Shown: positions 33,964 to 42,606, numbered from the stretch's first letter. The stretch: 45,384 nt of DNA from a virus (IMGVR_UViG_3300037483_000743:1-45384); one strand, 5' to 3'. Program-made: numbers and translations. Notes: generated by a model not told the origin, from the sequence alone.

Positions 33964-35080
33964 CGTCGTCACCCCCCACCGCGTGGCCCCAATACTTCAG
34001 CCAGGCTTCAGCTGCCGTTCCCCATTTGGCGGATCCGGAGGCGAGCAGCGTCTCCCGCACGTAGTCCGGGCGCTCGCGGGCCACCTCAGAGATGAGTCGG
34101 CCCTTATGCTCGCCGCTCGGGATCTTGGGATCGGTCTCCGGCCGGTCGCCGAAGGTCTCCGGTTCGTCCGGCAGGATCTCGCCCGTCTCCGGGTCGACGC
34201 CCGCGGGTGGTTCTTCGTGTTCGGTCGCGTCGACGTCGATGGGCTCAGTCTCAGCGGGTAGAGCCTTCGGTCCGTAGAGCAGCCCGGTTGCGTGCTCGCC
34301 GCCCGTGAAGAGCATGCGCAGGATGTTGGGATCGCTGGTGTCCGGCGTGAAGGTGGTCGACACCACCAGGAAGGGCCGGGCTATTTCATCGGGCCCATAC
34401 TTGCTCTTCAGCGTGAGAACCTGCCGGTAGGCCCGCAGGCGGGCCTTGCTCTCGGTCATGGGCAACCGGAAGCGTTTCACCCGGCCGTACCAGTTGTCGT
34501 TCCACCACTTTGCCCGAGCGGACTCGCCCTTGGTGGCCCATTCAGGGATGCTCCCCTCGAGCTGGGCCTTCTCGTCTTCCTCGATCCACTCGCGCGTTCC
34601 GCTGGCGGTCTGGTAGGTTCCGTCCGGGCGACGCACCCGGCAGTGCCAGGTGACGCGCACGTTCTGGTCACGCGCTCCGAAGTAGTGGATCTCGGGCGCG
34701 AGGTCCTCGATCCCGGCCTGCTTGCCGATCACGTCCAGGGCACGCTTGCTGAGAGCGTAGGCGCCGGGCTTCGCCGCGTAGTTGCCGCTGGCCGCCTTCG
34801 GCTTCTCGATCTCGTAGAAGTCCCCGCCGGCCGGTGAGCTGTCGAGATTGACCACCGAGATCGAGGGCGTGAAGTTCCGATCCGCCTGCACCAGCGTCGC
34901 CGCCGGCGCGAGCACGTTGTAGCTCTCTGCCAGCTGCGGGCTGGACAGGTCGATCATGAGAGCGCCCCCGGCCTCCCGCAGGATCCCGAGCTCGCTTGCC
35001 GCCTGCACCAGGGCCCGCTCCTGCGGGCGCACTCGTTCGAGGGCCTGTCCCGCCTCCTTGGTCTTTGCTGTTGCTGTCAT
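33947..35080 (-). CDS. Putative single-strand annealing protein (Rad52/RecT-like) with a C-terminal G.HKG...YL-type domain
   Basis: M.ESKA.LRA.R..L.LK..Y..DE motif, acidic linker (DPETGEI), C-terminal PSGEHKG.LI.EV....PDYV; adjacent to sbcCD. Confidence 0.55.
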   Translation of the reverse strand: MTATAKTKEAGQALERVRPQERALVQAASELGILREAGGALMIDLSSPQLAESYNVLAPAATLVQADRNFTPSISVVNLDSSPAGGDFYEIEKPKAASGNYAAKPGAYALSKRALDVIGKQAGIEDLAPEIHYFGARDQNVRVTWHCRVRRPDGTYQTASGTREWIEEDEKAQLEGSIPEWATKGESARAKWWNDNWYGRVKRFRLPMTESKARLRAYRQVLTLKSKYGPDEIARPFLVVSTTFTPDTSDPNILRMLFTGGEHATGLLYGPKALPAETEPIDVDATEHEEPPAGVDPETGEILPDEPETFGDRPETDPKIPSGEHKGRLISEVARERPDYVRETLLASGSAKWGTAAEAWLKYWGHAVGGDDDDVQF

Positions 35081-35093
35081 GTCGTCTCCTCTG

Positions 35094-35438
35094 TTACAGT
35101 GTTACTGTGTGTGTGCGGGCCGCTTGAGAAAGCGGCTCGTGCCGTTTATGCGCCCGTGTCGTCACCTCCCGCAGATGCCCGTCAAGCACCCCGCTCGGGC
35201 CGCGCAGCTGCATCTCGTCCGCGATGTCCATGTCCAGGCTGTGCGCCGTCCTCAGCATCACTGTGCCGAGTAGCGCGCGCAGGCTCTCAAGACTCACCAC
35301 GGGGCGATGTAGCTCCCTCCATGCCTGCGTGCAGAGAATGAGGGTCGCGGCGTCGTGGCGCTGTTCCTCCATCGCTAGGGCGCTGTTCTCCATCAGGCCG
35401 TCGAGGGTTGCGGTTAGGGCGTTGGCTGGTCGAGACAT
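35094..35438 (-). CDS. Hypothetical protein
   Basis: GGAGGTG RBS and ATG. Confidence 0.55.
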   Translation of the reverse strand: MSRPANALTATLDGLMENSALAMEEQRHDAATLILCTQAWRELHRPVVSLESLRALLGTVMLRTAHSLDMDIADEMQLRGPSGVLDGHLREVTTRAHKRHEPLSQAARTHTVTL

Positions 35439-35716
35439 GTGTTCACACCTCCTTCCTCTTGGGTAGCGGTGAGGGCTTCACGCGCCACTTTGACAATGGC
35501 TCGTTGCAGATCGTCCTCAGGGAATGAGCAACCACCCTCAATGCGCGTCAGTACCTCTCGCAGCAGTCTCACCTTCGCCCGCTCGGTGTCCAGGGCAACG
35601 ATGAGTGCCTGTGCTGGTTCCCATCCCGCCGCTCTCCGCCGAGGGGAATCCCCCATGTCCGAGGCGACTGATATCCGAAAGTAAACTCTTGCATCGGATT
35701 CTGACCAGCGTTTCAC
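35414..35716 (-). CDS. Hypothetical protein
   Basis: GTG start coupled to the upstream stop. Confidence 0.5.
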   Translation of the reverse strand: MKRWSESDARVYFRISVASDMGDSPRRRAAGWEPAQALIVALDTERAKVRLLREVLTRIEGGCSFPEDDLQRAIVKVAREALTATQEEGGVNTCLDQPTP

Positions 35717-36042
35717 AACTCCACCCGCATGAGATCGAGGGCGATGACGCCCAGGTGATGGTCTATCCGTTCCAGTTGCCTGCGCAGTTCCGCAAACAGT
35801 GGGGGCCATTCTTCTACATCCATGTCAGCGGGGCCGAGCTTGGCGCTTTCTACTTTCTCCGGGCGCATAATGGGCTCCAACTTCTCGCGTATCGTCAGAG
35901 CCATCTTCTCGGAGGTTCCGCCAACCGTCTCGGCCAGCCTTAGAAGTTGGGCGGCTACTGGTGTGCGGGGCGTTGCGTTTGCGGATGGATATTCACTGCC
36001 AGCAACTTCGACGTAGCGGTCCCGCCGTGTTCCGTCGTCCAT
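35713..36042 (-). CDS. Hypothetical protein
   Basis: GGAGGTG RBS and ATG. Confidence 0.6.
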   Translation of the reverse strand: MDDGTRRDRYVEVAGSEYPSANATPRTPVAAQLLRLAETVGGTSEKMALTIREKLEPIMRPEKVESAKLGPADMDVEEWPPLFAELRRQLERIDHHLGVIALDLMRVEL

Positions 36043-36043
36043 C

Positions 36044-36271
36044 TCACACCTCCGAATTATCCAAGTCGGCCAGGGCTTCGTCCTTCTCGTTCGACCGCTT
36101 CCAGACGGCTTTCTGCATCTTTGGAGTGACCTCGATGTAGCGCAGAGGCCACGCCTGCCGGTCGCCTTTCTCGTCGTAGCAGATCGTCGTCTCTCCGATT
36201 TCGGGAATGTGGTCTACGAGGTTGCGGGTGAGTTTCGCTATCCGCTCTAGCTTGGCGATGCGCTCGCTCAC
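36044..36271 (-). CDS. Hypothetical protein
   Basis: GTG start coupled to the upstream stop. Confidence 0.5.
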   Translation of the reverse strand: MSERIAKLERIAKLTRNLVDHIPEIGETTICYDEKGDRQAWPLRYIEVTPKMQKAVWKRSNEKDEALADLDNSEV

Positions 36272-36381
36272 GGCACCGGCCACCGCGTGGCGCCCCAGTA
36301 CCAGATCGCGAAGAGTGCGAGTGTGGTCAAGGCGGCGCCTATGCGCTCCCAGCGCCACTCACTCGGGGGTTGGTATCTCAT
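36268..36381 (-). CDS. 37-aa membrane peptide
   Basis: MRYQPPSEWRWERIGAALTTLALFAIWYWGATRWPVP; coupled on both sides; too short for the ORF track. Confidence 0.55.
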   Translation of the reverse strand: MRYQPPSEWRWERIGAALTTLALFAIWYWGATRWPVP

Positions 36382-36764
36382 GCCCCGCCCCGTCCCTGTC
36401 CGGCGCGGTAAGCGGCGAGTATGGCATCAGACATATACGCACCACGGGGGGTGTCTGGGCGCACCCAAGAATCACTCCGTGCTGTCTGTTCCTCCACCCA
36501 CATCTCCACCCCCCCCCTGCTGACGATTCGCAGCCCGCTATGGTCCGGTGTTTGTTCGTTCAGCAGCACGTACTCCGTCTCCAACTCATCAGCCAGCGCG
36601 ATAAGAGCGGTAGCAGCGGCGCGGATATCAGAAACGAGGAAGCTCCCGTGTGACACGGTGCGCCCACCGTTATCGTCATCCAGCGCGAGGTAGTGGCCCT
36701 CGGCAAAGAACCGCCGCTTGTGTCCATCCGACACGATGTACTCGCCCGGTTTTAGGTCACTCAT
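36378..36764 (-). CDS. Hypothetical protein
   Basis: ATGA-coupled ORF with GGGGGA RBS. Confidence 0.6.
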   Translation of the reverse strand: MSDLKPGEYIVSDGHKRRFFAEGHYLALDDDNGGRTVSHGSFLVSDIRAAATALIALADELETEYVLLNEQTPDHSGLRIVSRGGVEMWVEEQTARSDSWVRPDTPRGAYMSDAILAAYRAGQGRGGA

Positions 36765-37039
36765 GCCGCCGTCCCCCCTCCGCTCTGTAGTTGAGCTTCC
36801 ACCGCGTCCCGACAAGAGCCTGGATGGACAATCATGGTGCCCAAGGCGTAGTTGAGCTTCACCCGCTCCCCACAGACGACACAGCATCCCGGCGCTCCAC
36901 CTTTGTAGCGGAGGAGATAGTCCTGACGCGCCCGTCGCGCCTGCCGGCCAGCCTGAGCGGACGCGTTCCCCAGTGCCAAGCCGAAGAGGACGGCGGCTGC
37001 CATGATCACGAGGATCCCGATGACAAGGGCTACGGTCAT
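36761..37039 (-). CDS. Membrane-anchored protein with CxxC...HxxxC finger (paralogue of 42406-42534)
   Basis: Hydrophobic N-terminus ending in VLFGLALG; CCVVCG...HPGSC. Confidence 0.65.
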   Translation of the reverse strand: MTVALVIGILVIMAAAVLFGLALGNASAQAGRQARRARQDYLLRYKGGAPGCCVVCGERVKLNYALGTMIVHPGSCRDAVEAQLQSGGGTAA

Positions 37040-37593
37040 CGAATCCCCCTCTCGGCGAGGAACGCCCACATGCCCACACGGTCGAACCAGGCCAGCGCGG
37101 TATCGGGGTACTGCGCTCCCGAGTACCACGGCCAGTACAGGCAGCGCCGGAAGTTCTCCGCGAAGTTCTCGCTCGGCGAATACCTCCACCAGTCGTACTG
37201 CGGCGCCACTCTCCATGTCGAAGGACCATAGCCGCGCGCCGTCAGTAGGGATTGCCATGCGGTCATCAGGCCGGGATGGGATATTTCGATCACGTGGCCG
37301 AGCTCGTGAGCGATGAGGGATGACCACGCCGGGTTCATGAGCGTGTTGCCGATGTCGATGCGGATATGCCCGTCGCTCTGCACAGACGTCTTCGCGCCGT
37401 TGCCGAACGACCAGGGCCGGATTGCGATCTCGAGAGAGGCCGGCAGGGCGCGCGCGATGGCAGGTTGCGACGCGATCACGTTGTGGATGGTCGCGTACCG
37501 TCCGTCGCTGTCGGGGCCTGTAATGGAGTAGGCAGATGCGGGGGCGGCTGCGAGTAATAGGATGGTGAGGGTTAGGGTGATGAGGCGGATCAT
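37036..37593 (-). CDS. Secreted zinc metallopeptidase (HEXXH, gluzincin-like)
   Basis: Signal peptide MIRLITLTLTILLLAAAPASA; AHELGH and SPSENFAE motifs. Confidence 0.7.
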   Translation of the reverse strand: MIRLITLTLTILLLAAAPASAYSITGPDSDGRYATIHNVIASQPAIARALPASLEIAIRPWSFGNGAKTSVQSDGHIRIDIGNTLMNPAWSSLIAHELGHVIEISHPGLMTAWQSLLTARGYGPSTWRVAPQYDWWRYSPSENFAENFRRCLYWPWYSGAQYPDTALAWFDRVGMWAFLAERGIR

Positions 37594-37982
37594 GGGGTCA
37601 CCAGGTCCAGCAGGCTGCGCAGGGCGTACCATTCGGGATTGATTAGGCGACCAATTGCGGCGGTCCCCTCTGTGGCCGTGCCGGTGGCAAGCGCGACGAC
37701 CGCGCAACCCAAAGTAACGGTGCCAATCACCAGGACTATCGAGTGGCCCTCCTGCTTGTTGTAGTCGTACTCGCCTGCACCGTTCCAATCCTTCGCCCAG
37801 CGGTAGAAGCGCCAGGAAGCGAACAGAGCCACGGCCAAAGGTATCGGCCATACCAACCCCCGAATCGCCTCCACCTGCTGCTGCCGCACAGCGATCTCCC
37901 AGGCGGCCTCGCCACCTTGCCCCAGCTTTTCCATGAGCGGGGTCAGTGCCTCTTTGAGACTCTCTACAGTCGTCGGGTCCAT
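37590..37982 (-). CDS. Membrane protein (two TM segments)
   Basis: Two hydrophobic stretches; INPEWYAL C-terminal motif. Confidence 0.65.
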   Translation of the reverse strand: MDPTTVESLKEALTPLMEKLGQGGEAAWEIAVRQQQVEAIRGLVWPIPLAVALFASWRFYRWAKDWNGAGEYDYNKQEGHSIVLVIGTVTLGCAVVALATGTATEGTAAIGRLINPEWYALRSLLDLVTP

Positions 37983-37983
37983 C

Positions 37984-38298
37984 TCACACCTCCGGTCCGA
38001 ATAGGGTTGGACTCCAACTCAGCGCCTCACGGCACAGTCGATACGCCCGCGCCCGTCTCAGGTTCGCCATGGCGCGGCTGCGGGCGGTCTGGATAACGTG
38101 ATCCAATTCCTCCGGCGTGGTCGCCACGTAGACGCTCCCGCCGGGGGTCGGAGCTGTGACGATGGGGACGTGCTCCTCGTTTACGAGACGAGCGATCTCG
38201 GAGCGGACTTCGCGGTCGGAGAGGCCGGTGAGCGCGGCGAGGGTGGGGATGGATGTGGCGCCGGCGCGGCCGTGGGGGATGTGGGTGAGGAGGGTCAT
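37984..38298 (-). CDS. Winged HTH DNA-binding protein
   Basis: IP.GR......LA..TGLSDR.VR..I..L......I...GG.Y pattern. Confidence 0.7.
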   Translation of the reverse strand: MTLLTHIPHGRAGATSIPTLAALTGLSDREVRSEIARLVNEEHVPIVTAPTPGGSVYVATTPEELDHVIQTARSRAMANLRRARAYRLCREALSWSPTLFGPEV

Positions 38299-40805
38299 GA
38301 GGCCGCCTCAATATCGAACAGAGTCGGCATCGACGCTTGCCGCTCCGCCGCTTCGCAGTAGGCCACCGCATCGGACCAATACTGAGTCGACAGTTCGATC
38401 CCGTAGCCCTTGCGCCCGGCCAGAATCGCGAGGTAGGGGACCGTGCCGATGCCCATAAACGGGTCTAGCACCGTCTCCCCCGGCATGGAATAGCGCTCTA
38501 TCAGCCGCTCTACCACGTCGAATTGCAGCGGGCAGATATGCCCTTCGACCTGCCGCCGTGCCGCGTCGGTGTTCAGCGTTCGCATGCGGGCGACGTCTTC
38601 CCAGACCCACGGGCTATGCGGCGCCTGAGGATCCAGCAGCATGTAGGTAGCGGGCAGCCGCCCGACAGTTTCTAGACTCTCCGCAGCCGTCACGTGCTCG
38701 TTGAAGTCGTAGACGTGTTCGGTGTTGAACCGATGCCAGACGGCGCGCACAGTCTCAAGCGGCATGTCTCGGATCTCTTCCGGCGTGAGGAAGCGATTAC
38801 CACTGGAGCGCCAGAAAGGAGAGGCATCGAACTGCCAGCGGGAGCGCGTGTACTCCGACTTCGATTTCACCACGGGCGTATCCGCATAGGCTTTGTCGCG
38901 ACTGGTGGGGAGCTTCCGGAACAGGAGAACGTACTCAGGTGAACCGACGCCCATCTTCGTACCGTCTTTGCAGTTCTCCGACCAGCCGAGCCGGTACGTC
39001 TGGTTGTTCTCCCTCACCACATCGGTAACGATCGTGATGCGCCCGCAGTAGATGAGCCCATGTCTCCGGAGGTGGTCGACCGCTTTATCCGAGAACGGAT
39101 TCACGCTGTACATGCCGAGCCCGGTCACGGACCCGTAGAGCAGTCGGTCCTTGACGTGCACGCAATACATGCGCCCCGGCCTCAGGGCCCGGAGCATGTG
39201 CGGCGTGAGGTAATCCATCTGCTCAAAGAAAGCATCATCATCGGTGTTGTGGCCGAAGTCGTTGTAGCTCTCGGTGTATTCGTAGTGATTCGAGAATGGC
39301 CAAGAGGTCACGATCAGGTCGATGGAATCGTCTGCAAGGCGGGCGCCTTCGTCGACGTTGTCGTTGTTGACGACGGCGAACAGGTCCGATGCGACCTCCG
39401 CCCGTTCGATACCGATGGAGCGGTTCATCTCGTTGGTCTGCCCGGCGTTGGCCAGTCCGTAGGTGCGCACAATGTCCAGCATCTCCTTGACTAGGTGTGT
39501 GTGTTGGTCCCACTTGCGCATGAGGATTTCGAGCACGCGGTCTTCCGATTCGGTGTAGATGATGTGGATGTCCACCGGCTCGGTTTGCAGAAAGCGGTAG
39601 AGGCGGTGGATAGACTGAATGAAGTCGTTGAACTTGTAGCCGACTCCGAGGTAGATGGCCGAATGACAGTGGTATTGGAAGTTGCAGCCGGAGCCGGAAA
39701 GGATGGGCTTGCTCGCGAGTATGCGGATGCGACCTTCTGTGAAGTCCCGTACCGCCGATTCGCGAACATCTAGGTCTTGCGAGCCGTAGACGCTGACGGC
39801 ATCCGGGAGAGCTTTCTCAATGGCGCGCCGTTCGTCTTCTAGGTCGTGCCAGATGATCCAATGCTGGTCCGGGTCGCCCGCTTCGATGATTTCGAGCATC
39901 TTTGCAATGCGGGATTCGAGGCTATCCCGCTTCTCACGTGCCGCGTCCCGCACGCCTAGACTGGCGTCACGTAAAAGCTTGCCCTGCCCCCAGGAGTCGA
40001 AGCCCGCTGTCGTGTGGTCGACGTCTAACCGGTGCCGCGTGATGGTCATAGGCGGCATGTCATATCCCTCGTCGGAGTACCCGAGGTCGGACGGCTTAGT
40101 AAGGAACGTTGCCCACGAGCTGACCCATAACCAGAACTCGCGCTCTTTGTGCGGGTGAATGGTGAGGTTCCCGGCCGTCGAAGAGTCGCGCTTGAAGAAG
40201 CGCGTGAGAGCCTGCCCGGTATCCATCACTCCGAGGAACCCGGCGTAGTGAATCAGTTCCTTGTAGCGGTTCGGTGACGGGGTAGCGGTGGCTACGAACT
40301 TGAAGGGCACAGATTCAAAGAGCGTGAGGAACGTTTGATAGGTCTTCGATCCGAAGGACCGAAGGACGCTCGCCTCGTCTAGACAGACGACCACGAACCG
40401 ATTCGGGTCTAGGCCACCGTCGCGGACCCGCTCGTAGTTGGTGACAAAGAAGCGATGCCCGGCGTCCAGTAGAGCCTGGTGCTCATCATTCGACCGCACG
40501 TAGCGCAGTTCGATATCGAAGAACTTGCCCGCGTCCCGCACGAACTCGCCACGCACTCCGAGCGGGCAGATGATGAGCCCGGTTCCCTCGTGCGTCGCCA
40601 AGAGTGACGAGATGATCTGCAGCTCCATGAGGGTCTTACCGGTCCCGAAGGCTGAGAATATGGCCCGATTCCCGCCGCGAATCGCCCACGTGCAGATATC
40701 CCGCTGATGGGGGAAGAGGGCCGGGTTCATCTCTACGGCGCCCGCGTATCCGTGGTCGTGAGCGATGACGGCTTTCCCAGATAAGAACTCCCGATAGTCG
40801 CTCAC
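38295..40805 (-). CDS. SF2/SNF2-like helicase fused to an N4/N6 amino-DNA methyltransferase
   Basis: FGTGKT, DEAS, TATPSPN and Q...R.YRF motifs, then DLIVTSWPF (motif IV), HICPLQ and VLDPFMGIGT (motif I). Confidence 0.88.
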   Translation of the reverse strand: MSDYREFLSGKAVIAHDHGYAGAVEMNPALFPHQRDICTWAIRGGNRAIFSAFGTGKTLMELQIISSLLATHEGTGLIICPLGVRGEFVRDAGKFFDIELRYVRSNDEHQALLDAGHRFFVTNYERVRDGGLDPNRFVVVCLDEASVLRSFGSKTYQTFLTLFESVPFKFVATATPSPNRYKELIHYAGFLGVMDTGQALTRFFKRDSSTAGNLTIHPHKEREFWLWVSSWATFLTKPSDLGYSDEGYDMPPMTITRHRLDVDHTTAGFDSWGQGKLLRDASLGVRDAAREKRDSLESRIAKMLEIIEAGDPDQHWIIWHDLEDERRAIEKALPDAVSVYGSQDLDVRESAVRDFTEGRIRILASKPILSGSGCNFQYHCHSAIYLGVGYKFNDFIQSIHRLYRFLQTEPVDIHIIYTESEDRVLEILMRKWDQHTHLVKEMLDIVRTYGLANAGQTNEMNRSIGIERAEVASDLFAVVNNDNVDEGARLADDSIDLIVTSWPFSNHYEYTESYNDFGHNTDDDAFFEQMDYLTPHMLRALRPGRMYCVHVKDRLLYGSVTGLGMYSVNPFSDKAVDHLRRHGLIYCGRITIVTDVVRENNQTYRLGWSENCKDGTKMGVGSPEYVLLFRKLPTSRDKAYADTPVVKSKSEYTRSRWQFDASPFWRSSGNRFLTPEEIRDMPLETVRAVWHRFNTEHVYDFNEHVTAAESLETVGRLPATYMLLDPQAPHSPWVWEDVARMRTLNTDAARRQVEGHICPLQFDVVERLIERYSMPGETVLDPFMGIGTVPYLAILAGRKGYGIELSTQYWSDAVAYCEAAERQASMPTLFDIEAAS

Positions 40806-41626
40806 GCCGACCCCCTCCGCTCCCCCGCCCCACGAATAGCAGGGCGGGGGCGGTCAGGGGCGAAAGGAGAGAATGGCGCGGTGATGCCCGGCTCATGATG
40901 CGGGCTGTCGGCCTCCGCCGCGTGGGCCGTGGAACATTCACCAAGCACGCGCATCCACACGCGCTCGGCCGAGCCTTCGGGGATGGGGATGGTGCCGAGG
41001 GTGCGGAGTTCGGCCTCCACCGGCCAGTCCGCACCGTAGGCTTCTTCGTGACTCTCAACAGCCCAACGTCGCTTCTTCACAATGAGACTGACGTTGGTTG
41101 GCGAGGTTTTGAACCGCTTGGCGACTTCCTGTTGCTTGGCTCCATCGGCCACAAGCGCACGGATCTGTTCGACCTGCTCCCACGTCAACTGCGTATTGCG
41201 TCCCCTACGGCAGTTCTGGCCACGCGTGACGAGTTGGGAATGGTCGGGATGGGGGTTGACACATGCCGGAACGCGGCAAAGGTGATCGGGCACTAAGCCT
41301 CCAGGGATAGGCCCAACCTCAGTCTCATAGACGAGGCGATGCGCGAGGTAATGATTCTTGACCCACACGCGACCGTAGCCATCAGGGTTCTTGAGTCCCT
41401 GCCAGAGCCAACAGCCGGAGTCGGGGTCAACGATAACCGGCCACTTCTCAGAGGGATCAAAGCCCGCCCCGCCGGTGTGACCCAGCGAGGCGGGCGATGC
41501 GTGGGTGGGAAGACCACGCGGCACGAGGTGATTGGCCTCGGAAGGCCCAACATTGGGGGGTGCGCAGACAGTATGCGCTGTGTTACACTTCGATACAGGT
41601 ACGGGGTTGAGTCTTTGCGTTCCCAC
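40802..41626 (-). CDS. HNH endonuclease (HNH_3 type) with HTH domain
   Basis: GCWLWQG...GYG...AHR.VYE...DHLC....CVNP...H...VT...N, then LT.EQV..IR...Q.EVA.RF; start codon uncertain. Confidence 0.8.
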   Translation of the reverse strand: MGTQRLNPVPVSKCNTAHTVCAPPNVGPSEANHLVPRGLPTHASPASLGHTGGAGFDPSEKWPVIVDPDSGCWLWQGLKNPDGYGRVWVKNHYLAHRLVYETEVGPIPGGLVPDHLCRVPACVNPHPDHSQLVTRGQNCRRGRNTQLTWEQVEQIRALVADGAKQQEVAKRFKTSPTNVSLIVKKRRWAVESHEEAYGADWPVEAELRTLGTIPIPEGSAERVWMRVLGECSTAHAAEADSPHHEPGITAPFSPFAPDRPRPAIRGAGERRGSA

Positions 41627-41647
41627 GCTATTCACCTCTTGCCTTCC

Positions 41648-41677
41648 GGTCCCCAGGTGTTTCCGCACCTGGGGACC
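41648..41677. promoter_or_regulatory. 12-bp perfect hairpin in the early leader
   Basis: ggtccccaggtg-tttccg-cacctggggacc. Confidence 0.5.
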
Positions 41678-41788
41678 TTCTTCTTGCTAGGACACTACTC
41701 TAGCGCCTCCAATGAGCGCAGGGTCAAATAGTCGTCGAACCATACATTATCGTGCGTAAGTAGCGTAGCACAAGGGGATGACAGAACG

Positions 41789-41959
41789 CTAGGCATCCTT
41801 ATGTCCCTGCTTATACCACTCTATCATCTGCACGATCATTCCGCTCCGACTGATGCGGGCGCTCTCTGCGAGGCCGTCCAGGTAGCCGAGCAGGTCGATG
41901 GGGATCGTCACCGTGGTGCGCTTGACCGGGACCGTCTTGTATCGTCTTCGTGAGGTCAT
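41789..41959 (-). CDS. Ribbon-helix-helix (CopG/Arc-like) regulator, probably leaderless
   Basis: KRTTVTIP.DL...LD.LA....ISRS.MI; ATG lies 7 nt after the -10 box. Confidence 0.8.
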   Translation of the reverse strand: MTSRRRYKTVPVKRTTVTIPIDLLGYLDGLAESARISRSGMIVQMIEWYKQGHKDA

Positions 41960-41965
41960 GCAAGC

Positions 41966-41995
41966 ATCGTAGCGCATACCTCTACGCAGTGTCAA
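41966..41995 (-). promoter_or_regulatory. Early (leftward) promoter
   Basis: TTGACA, 18-bp spacer, TACGAT. Confidence 0.7.
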
Positions 41996-42015
41996 GACTT
42001 TTGCGGAAAAAAATC

Positions 42016-42044
42016 TTGCGGTCCCGGCACAATTAGCGCATACT
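42016..42044 (+). promoter_or_regulatory. Repressor (rightward) promoter
   Basis: TTGCGG, 17-bp spacer, CATACT. Confidence 0.55.
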
Positions 42045-42084
42045 ATGGATGACGAGGTGGTAAATCGTGCTTGGGAGGCACACC

Positions 42085-42390
42085 ATGAGCATCGGTTGGA
42101 ACGTGCGTCAGCGACGGGAACAGCTCGGCATGACGCAGGCGGAGCTGGCGGCCAGTATCAGAGTTCGACGCCGGAAGACGACCCCCTCCTACATCAGCCG
42201 CATCGAGTCGGGCTATGTAGACCCACGGGCGTCGGTCCTGCGCTCGCTCTCTAAGGCGCTCAAGTGCCCAGTGTGGTACTTCTTCTGGCAGCCCGGGGAG
42301 GGCACGCCGTTCGCCGATGCCTACCTGTCCCTCACACCCAAGCGCAAACGAGAGGTGCGCGACTTGGTACGGTATCTACACGCGCACTAA
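42085..42390 (+). CDS. XRE/CI-like HTH repressor
   Basis: IG.NVRQRRE.LGMTQAELA...SYISRIESG...P....L..L.KAL; GGGAGG RBS; divergent from the RHH gene. Confidence 0.88.
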   Translation: MSIGWNVRQRREQLGMTQAELAASIRVRRRKTTPSYISRIESGYVDPRASVLRSLSKALKCPVWYFFWQPGEGTPFADAYLSLTPKRKREVRDLVRYLHAH

Positions 42391-42405
42391 CCAAGGGGAG
42401 GCTAC

Positions 42406-42534
42406 ATGACCATAGCCCTCATCATCCTCGGGACCCTCGCACTGCTGGCCGTCCTCTTCGGCTTGGCACTAGGGAAGGCGTCCGCCCGGGCCGACGAGAT
42501 GGCACGGCGGGCGCGCGAGCGAGTGGACGAATAG
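42406..42534 (+). CDS. 42-aa single-pass membrane peptide co-oriented with the repressor
   Basis: GGGGAGG RBS; MTIALIILGTLALLAVLFGLALGKASARADEMARRARERVDE. Confidence 0.7.
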   Translation: MTIALIILGTLALLAVLFGLALGKASARADEMARRARERVDE

Positions 42535-42538
42535 GGCC

Positions 42539-42583
42539 AGAAAAAGCCCCGCCCGCATCCAGGGAGGAAGACGCGGGCGGGGC
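42539..42583 (-). terminator. Terminator ending the late transcript
   Basis: 11-bp GC stem (gccccgcccgc / gcgggcggggc) followed by UUUUU on the minus strand. Confidence 0.7.
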
Positions 42584-42606
42584 GAGGGGGGGTTGCCCCG
42601 TTCGGC

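Noticed and set aside
36509-36517. C9 homopolymer as a phase-variation tract
   Set aside because: It is in frame (Arg-Gly-Gly-Val) in a GC-rich genome, and the sequence alone gives no evidence of length variation.
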